Shown here: positions 57,801-64,000 of the stretch, one piece after another
Position numbering within the stretch: the first letter of the stretch is position 1
Layout: each line of letters starts with the position of its first letter
From: Auanema rhodensis
Lineage: Eukaryota > Animalia > Nematoda
Assembly: GCA_964057225.1 (NCBI GenBank)
Contig: OZ059900.1
Span: forward strand, 6,758,001 to 6,822,000
DNA: 64,000 bases
Direction: 5' to 3'
Made by a program: the position numbers and the translations under genes
Notes under the pieces: model-generated
The model's input: only the letters and a program-made list of their open reading frames with translations
The model's database searches: none
What the model was told of the DNA's origin: nothing

Positions 57801-60800
57801 TAACCTCAAATGGAGATAGATCTAGACTTCTTTCGAAACTCATTTTCTATTCGTTAACAATTTTTTTAGTTATTATTTTGAAGAGTGGAGTATGTTTGAC
57901 GATGATGTCCTATCAATTGCCTCAGTAGCCGATGCTCCCATCTCCAACTATGAAGATAAAGATGTTTAAATTCCTGTTAGAAGCTTTGATAGTGCATTTA
58001 TGCAACTATTTATTCGGCAGGAAGCAAACAATATACGGTAAAAATTTAAATTTTAATCGTTTATTTTTCATTAGGACCTTACTATTCTAATTGACTGATA
58101 TGGAAAATCCACAACATACCCGTTTTCGTTTCGAACAAGAAAGTTCGGAAGACAACTAGCATGAAAAAAGAGATGTGGAAGTTAATTAGTACATGGAAGT
58201 TTATTATAAGAATAGTATTCCTTTTGGGAGCTCAGTTACGGTAATGGCAGATAACCTCAAATGGAGATAGATCTAGACTTCTTTCGAAACTCATTTTCTA
58301 TTCGTTAACAATTTTTTTAGTTATTATTTTGAAGAGTGGAGTATGTTTGACGATGATGTCCTATCAATTGCCTCAGTACCCGATGCTCCCATCTCCAACT
58401 ATGAAGATAAAGATGTTTAAATTCCTGTTAGAAGCTTTGATAGTGCATTTATGCAACTATTTATTCGGCAGGAAGCAAACAATATACGGTAAAAATTTAA
58501 ATTTTAATCGTTTATTTTTCATTAGGACCTTACTATTCTAATTGACTGATATGGAAAATCCACAACATACCCGTTTTCGTTTCGAACAAGAAAGTTCGGA
58601 AGACAACTAGCATGAAAAAAGAGATGTGGAAGTTAATTAGTACATGGAAGTTTATTATAAGAATAGTATTCCTTTTGGGAGCTCAGTTACGGTAATGGCA
58701 GATAACCTCAAATGGAGATAGATCTAGACTTCTTTCGAAACTCATTTTCTATTCGTTAACAATTTTTTTAGTTATTATTTTGAAGAGTGGAGTATGTTTG
58801 ACGATGATGTCCTATCAATTGCCTCAGTACCCGATGCTCCCATCTCCAACTATGAAGATAAAGATGTTTAAATTCCTGTTAGAAGCTTTGATAGTGCATT
58901 TATGCAACTATTTATTCGGCAGGAAGCAAACAATATACGGTAAAAATTTAAATTTTAATCGTTTATTTTTCATTAGGACCTTACTATTCTAATTGACTGA
59001 TATGGAAAATCCACAACATACCCGTTTTCGTTTCGAACAAGAAAGTTCGGAAGACAACTAGCATGAAAAAAGAGATGTGGAAGTTAATTAGTACATGGAA
59101 GTTTATTATAAGAATAGTATTCCTTTTGGGAGCTCAGTTACGGTAATGGCAGATAACCTCAAATGGAGATAGATCTGGACTTCTTTCGAAACTCATTTTC
59201 TATTCGTTAACAATTTTTTTAGTTATTATTTTGAAGAGTGGAGTATGTTTGACGATGATGTCCTATCAATTGCCTCAGTACCCGATGCTCCCATCTCCAA
59301 CTATGAAGATAAAGATGTTTAAATTCCTGTTAGAAGCTTTGATAGTGCATTTATGCAACTATTTATTCGGCAGGAAGCAAACAATATACGGTAAAAATTT
59401 AAATTTTAATCGTTTATTTTTCATTAGGACCTTACTATTCTAATTGACTGATATGGAAAATCCACAACATACCCGTTTTCGTTTCGAACAAGAAAGTTCG
59501 GAAGACAACTAGCATGAAAAAAGAGATGTGGAAGTTAATTAGTACATGGAAGTTTATTATAAGAATAGTATTCCTTTTGGGAGCTCAGTTACGGTAATGG
59601 CAGATAACCTCAAATGGAGATAGATCTGGACTTCTTTCGAAACTCATTTTCTATTCGTTAACAATTTTTTTAGTTATTATTTTGAAGAGTGGAGTATGTT
59701 TGACGATGATGTCCTATCAATTGCCTCAGTACCCGATGCTCCCATCTCCAACTATGAAGATAAAGATGTTTAAATTCCTGTTAGAAGCTTTGATAGTGCA
59801 TTTATGCAACTATTTATTCGGCAGGAAGCAAACAATATACGGTAAAAATTTAAATTTTAATCGTTTATTTTTCATTAGGACCTTACTATTCTAATTGACT
59901 GATATGGAAAATCCACAACATACCCGTTTTCGTTTCGAACAAGAAAGTTCGGAAGACAACTAGCATGAAAAAAGAGATGTGGAAGTTAATTAGTACATGG
60001 AAGTTTATTATAAGAATAGTATTCCTTTTGGGAGCTCAGTTACGGTAATGGCAGATAACCTCAAATGGAGATAGATCTGGACTTCTTTCGAAACTCATTT
60101 TCTATTCGTTAACAATTTTTTTAGTTATTATTTTGAAGAGTGGAGTATGTTTGACGATGATGTCCTATCAATTGCCTCAGTACCCGATGCTCCCATCTCC
60201 AACTATGAAGATAAAGATGTTTAAATTCCTGTTAGAAGCTTTGATAGTGCATTTATGCAACTATTTATTCGGCAGGAAGCAAACAATATACGGTAAAAAT
60301 TTAAATTTTAATCGTTTATTTTTCATTAGGACCTTACTATTCTAATTGACTGATATGGAAAATCCACAACATACCCGTTTTCGTTTCGAACAAGAAAGTT
60401 CGGAAGACAACTAGCATGAAAAAAGAGATGTGGAAGTTAATTAGTACATGGAAGTTTATTATAAGAATAGTATTCCTTTTGGGAGCTCAGTTACGGTAAT
60501 GGCAGATAACCTCAAATGGAGATAGATCTGGACTTCTTTCGAAACTCATTTTCTATTCGTTAACAATTTTTTTAGTTATTATTTTGAAGAGTGGAGTATG
60601 TTTGACGATGATGTCCTATCAATTGCCTCAGTACCCGATGCTCCCATCTCCAACTATGAAGATAAAGATGTTTGAATTCCTGTTAGAAGCTTTGATAGTG
60701 CATTTATGCAACTATTTATTCGGCAGGAAGCAAACAATATACGGTAAAAATTTAAATTTTAATCGTTTATTTTTCATTAGGACCTTACTATTCTAATTGA

Positions 60801-63800
60801 CTGATATGGAAAATCCACAACATACCCGTTTTCGTTTCGAACAAGAAAGTTCGGAAGACAACTAGCATGAAAAAAGAGATGTGGAAGTTAATTAGTACAT
60901 GGAAGTTTATTATAAGAATAGTATTCCTTTTGGGAGCTCAGTTACGGTAATGGCAGATAACCTCAAATGGAGATAGATCTAGACTTCTTTCGAAACTCAT
61001 TTTCTATTCGTTAACAATTTTTTTAGTTATTATTTTGAAGAGTGGAGTATGTTTGACGATGATGTCCTATCAATTGCCTCAGTACCCGATGCTCCCATCT
61101 CCAACTATGAAGATAAAGATGTTTGAATTCCTGTTAGAAGCTTTGATAGTGCATTTATGCAACTATTTATTCGGCAGGAAGCAAACAATATACGGTAAAA
61201 ATTTAAATTTTAATCGTTTATTTTTCATTAGGACCTTACTATTCTAATTGACTGATATGGAAAATCCACAACATACCCGTTTTCGTTTCGAACAAGAAAG
61301 TTCGGAAGACAACTAGCATGAAAAAAGAGATGTGGAAGTTAATTAGTACATGGAAGTTTATTATAAGAATAGTATTCCTTTTGGGAGCTCAGTTACGGTA
61401 ATGGCAGATAACCTCAAATGGAGATAGATCTAGACTTCTTTCGAAACTCATTTTCTATTCGTTAACAATTTTTTTAGTTATTATTTTGAAGAGTGGAGTA
61501 TGTTTGACGATGATGTCCTATCAATTGCCTCAGTACCCGATGCTCCCATCTCCAACTATGAAGATAAAGATGTTTAAATTCCTGTTAGAAGCTTTGATAG
61601 TGCATTTATGCAACTATTTATTCGGCAGGAAGCAAACAATATACGGTAAAAATTTAAATTTTAATCGTTTATTTTTCATTAGGACCTTACTATTCTAATT
61701 GACTGATATGGAAAATCCACAACATACCCGTTTTCGTTTCGAACAAGAAAGTTCGGAAGACAACTAGCATGAAAAAAGAGATGTGGAAGTTAATTAGTAC
61801 ATGGAAGTTTATTATAAGAATAGTATTCCTTTTGGGAGCTCAGTTACGGTAATGGCAGATAACCTCAAATGGAGATAGATCTAGACTTCTTTCGAAACTC
61901 ATTTTCTATTCGTTAACAATTTTTTTAGTTATTATTTTGAAGAGTGGAGTATGTTTGACGATGATGTCCTATCAATTGCCTCAGTACCCGATGCTCCCAT
62001 CTCCAACTATGAAGATAAAGATGTTTGAATTCCTGTTAGAAGCTTTGATAGTGCATTTATGCAACTATTTATTCGGCAGGAAGCAAACAATATACGGTAA
62101 AAATTTAAATTTTAATCGTTTATTTTTCATTAGGACCTTACTATTCTAATTGACTGATATGGAAAATCCACAACATACCCGTTTTCGTTTCGAACAAGAA
62201 AGTTCGGAAGACAACTAGCATGAAAAAAGAGATGTGGAAGTTAATTAGTACATGGAAGTTTATTATAAGAATAGTATTCCTTTTGGGAGCTCAGTTACGG
62301 TAATGGCAGATAACCTCAAATGGAGATAGATCTAGACTTCTTTCGAAACTCATTTTCTATTCGTTAACAATTTTTTTAGTTATTATTTTGAAGAGTGGAG
62401 TATGTTTGACGATGATGTCCTATCAATTGCCTCAGTACCCGATGCTCCCATCTCCAACTATGAAGATAAAGATGTTTGAATTCCTGTTAGAAGCTTTGAT
62501 AGTGCATTTATGCAACTATTTATTCGGCAGGAAGCAAACAATATACGGTAAAAATTTAAATTTTAATCGTTTATTTTTCATTAGGACCTTACTATTCTAA
62601 TTGACTGATATGGAAAATCCACAACATACCCGTTTTCGTTTCGAACAAGAAAGTTCGGAAGACAACTAGCATGAAAAAAGAGATGTGGAAGTTAATTAGT
62701 ACATGGAAGTTTATTATAAGAATAGTATTCCTTTTGGGAGCTCAGTTACGGTAATGGCAGATAACCTCAAATGGAGATAGATCTAGACTTCTTTCGAAAC
62801 TCATTTTCTATTCGTTAACAATTTTTTTAGTTATTATTTTGAAGAGTGGAGTATGTTTGACGATGATGTCCTATCAATTGCCTCAGTACCCGATGCTCCC
62901 ATCTCCAACTATGAAGATAAAGATGTTTGAATTCCTGTTAGAAGCTTTGATAGTGCATTTATGCAACTATTTATTCGGCAGGAAGCAAACAATATACGGT
63001 AAAAATTTAAATTTTAATCGTTTATTTTTCATTAGGACCTTACTATTCTAATTGACTGATATGGAAAATCCACAACATACCCGTTTTCGTTTCGAACAAG
63101 AAAGTTCGGAAGACAACTAGCATGAAAAAAGAGATGTGGAAGTTAATTAGTACATGGAAGTTTATTATAAGAATAGTATTCCTTTTGGGAGCTCAGTTAC
63201 GGTAATGGCAGATAACCTCAAATGGAGATAGATCTAGACTTCTTTCGAAACTCATTTTCTATTCGTTAACAATTTTTTTAGTTATTATTTTGAAGAGTGG
63301 AGTATGTTTGACGATGATGTCCTATCAATTGCCTCAGTACCCGATGCTCCCATCTCCAACTATGAAGATAAAGATGTTTAAATTCCTGTTAGAAGCTTTG
63401 ATAGTGCATTTATGCAACTATTTATTCGGCAGGAAGCAAACAATATACGGTAAAAATTTAAATTTTAATCGTTTATTTTTCATTAGGACCTTACTATTCT
63501 AATTGACTGATATGGAAAATCCACAACATACCCGTTTTCGTTTCGAACAAGAAAGTTCGGAAGACAACTAGCATGAAAAAAGAGATGTGGAAGTTAATTA
63601 GTACATGGAAGTTTATTATAAGAATAGTATTCCTTTTGGGAGCTCAGTTACGGTAATGGCAGATAACCTCAAATGGAGATAGATCTAGACTTCTTTCGAA
63701 ACTCATTTTCTATTCGTTAACAATTTTTTTAGTTATTATTTTGAAGAGTGGAGTATGTTTGACGATGATGTCCTATCAATTGCCTCAGTACCCGATGCTC

Positions 63801-64000
63801 CCATCTCCAACTATGAAGATAAAGATGTTTAAATTCCTGTTAGAAGCTTTGATAGTGCATTTATGCAACTATTTATTCGGCAGGAAGCAAACAATATACG
63901 GTAAAAATTTAAATTTTAATCGTTTTATTTTCATTAGGACCTTACTATTCTAATTGACTGATATGGAAAATCCACAACATACCCGTTTTCGTTTCGAACA
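48896..64000 (+). repeat. Tandem array C: >=33 copies of a 451-bp USP7-derived monomer, sister of array B; truncated by the window end
   Basis: ORF period is 451 bp (49760, 50211 ... 63741). The monomer corresponds to USP7 ~9190-9556 (end of exon 10, intron 10, exon 11, intron 11, 5' exon 12) plus ~9914-10002 with an internal deletion. Confidence 0.97.

Larger units (their letters stand above)
15669..64000 (+). pseudogene. Amplified unprocessed USP7 pseudogene fragments (the content of arrays A-C)
   Basis: The Cys box has decayed to YLKILETTCYMNSTLHTQFT*. There is a 1-bp deletion in the exon 5 copy, TGG>TAG in the exon 7 copy, GAA>TAA in the exon 11 copy of array C, and in-frame stops in the exon 12 copies. 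Several splice sites are lost, and no MATH or C-terminal exons are present. Confidence 0.9.

Noticed and set aside
60670-62935. TAA>TGA variant in array C as selection to keep a stop codon
   Set aside because: It is a single transition spread by local duplication, which gives no evidence of selection.
15738-63953. About 120 repeated 60-126 aa ORFs as a tandem multigene family
   Set aside because: They mostly start at TTG/ATA or incidental ATG codons, run through intron-derived sequence, switch between USP7 and non-USP7 frames, and appear or vanish with single SNPs. They are by-products of the repeats.
15669-64000. CRISPR array or other repeat-spacer system
   Set aside because: Monomers are long and near-identical end to end with no unique spacers, there are no cas genes, and the context is an intron-rich eukaryote.
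15669-64000. Transposon, retrocopy, or rDNA/5S/SL-RNA/histone cluster
   Set aside because: Almost all monomer sequence is accounted for by USP7 genomic fragments with introns. I recognised no terminal repeats, poly(A), RT/transposase or structural RNA motifs.

Overview
Eukaryotic, AT-rich, nematode-type DNA (most introns ~42-50 nt, TTTCAG/TTTAG acceptors). The first ~15 kb is ordinary gene space: the 5' end of an ATP-dependent phosphofructokinase gene (minus strand, runs off the window), a divergent, intact 22-exon USP7/math-33 deubiquitinase gene (5309-11745, ~1241 aa), and a two-exon secreted Cys-rich peptide gene (14307-14545, minus) that the ORF track misses. The remaining ~48 kb is three abutting tandem arrays with 953-bp (~14 copies), 431-bp (~46 copies) and 451-bp (>=33 copies, running off the end) monomers. 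All three monomers are built from scrambled, intron-containing, degenerate pieces of the USP7 gene ~4 kb upstream. Several joins sit at microhomologies, and all three monomers share one exon-14 segment carrying common derived substitutions. The window therefore appears to show satellite DNA arising from a neighbouring protein-coding gene, with array-to-array crossovers, conversion tracts and a nascent higher-order repeat still readable. The many repeated ORFs after 15.7 kb are by-products of the repeats, not genes. All alignments and identity figures were made by eye.
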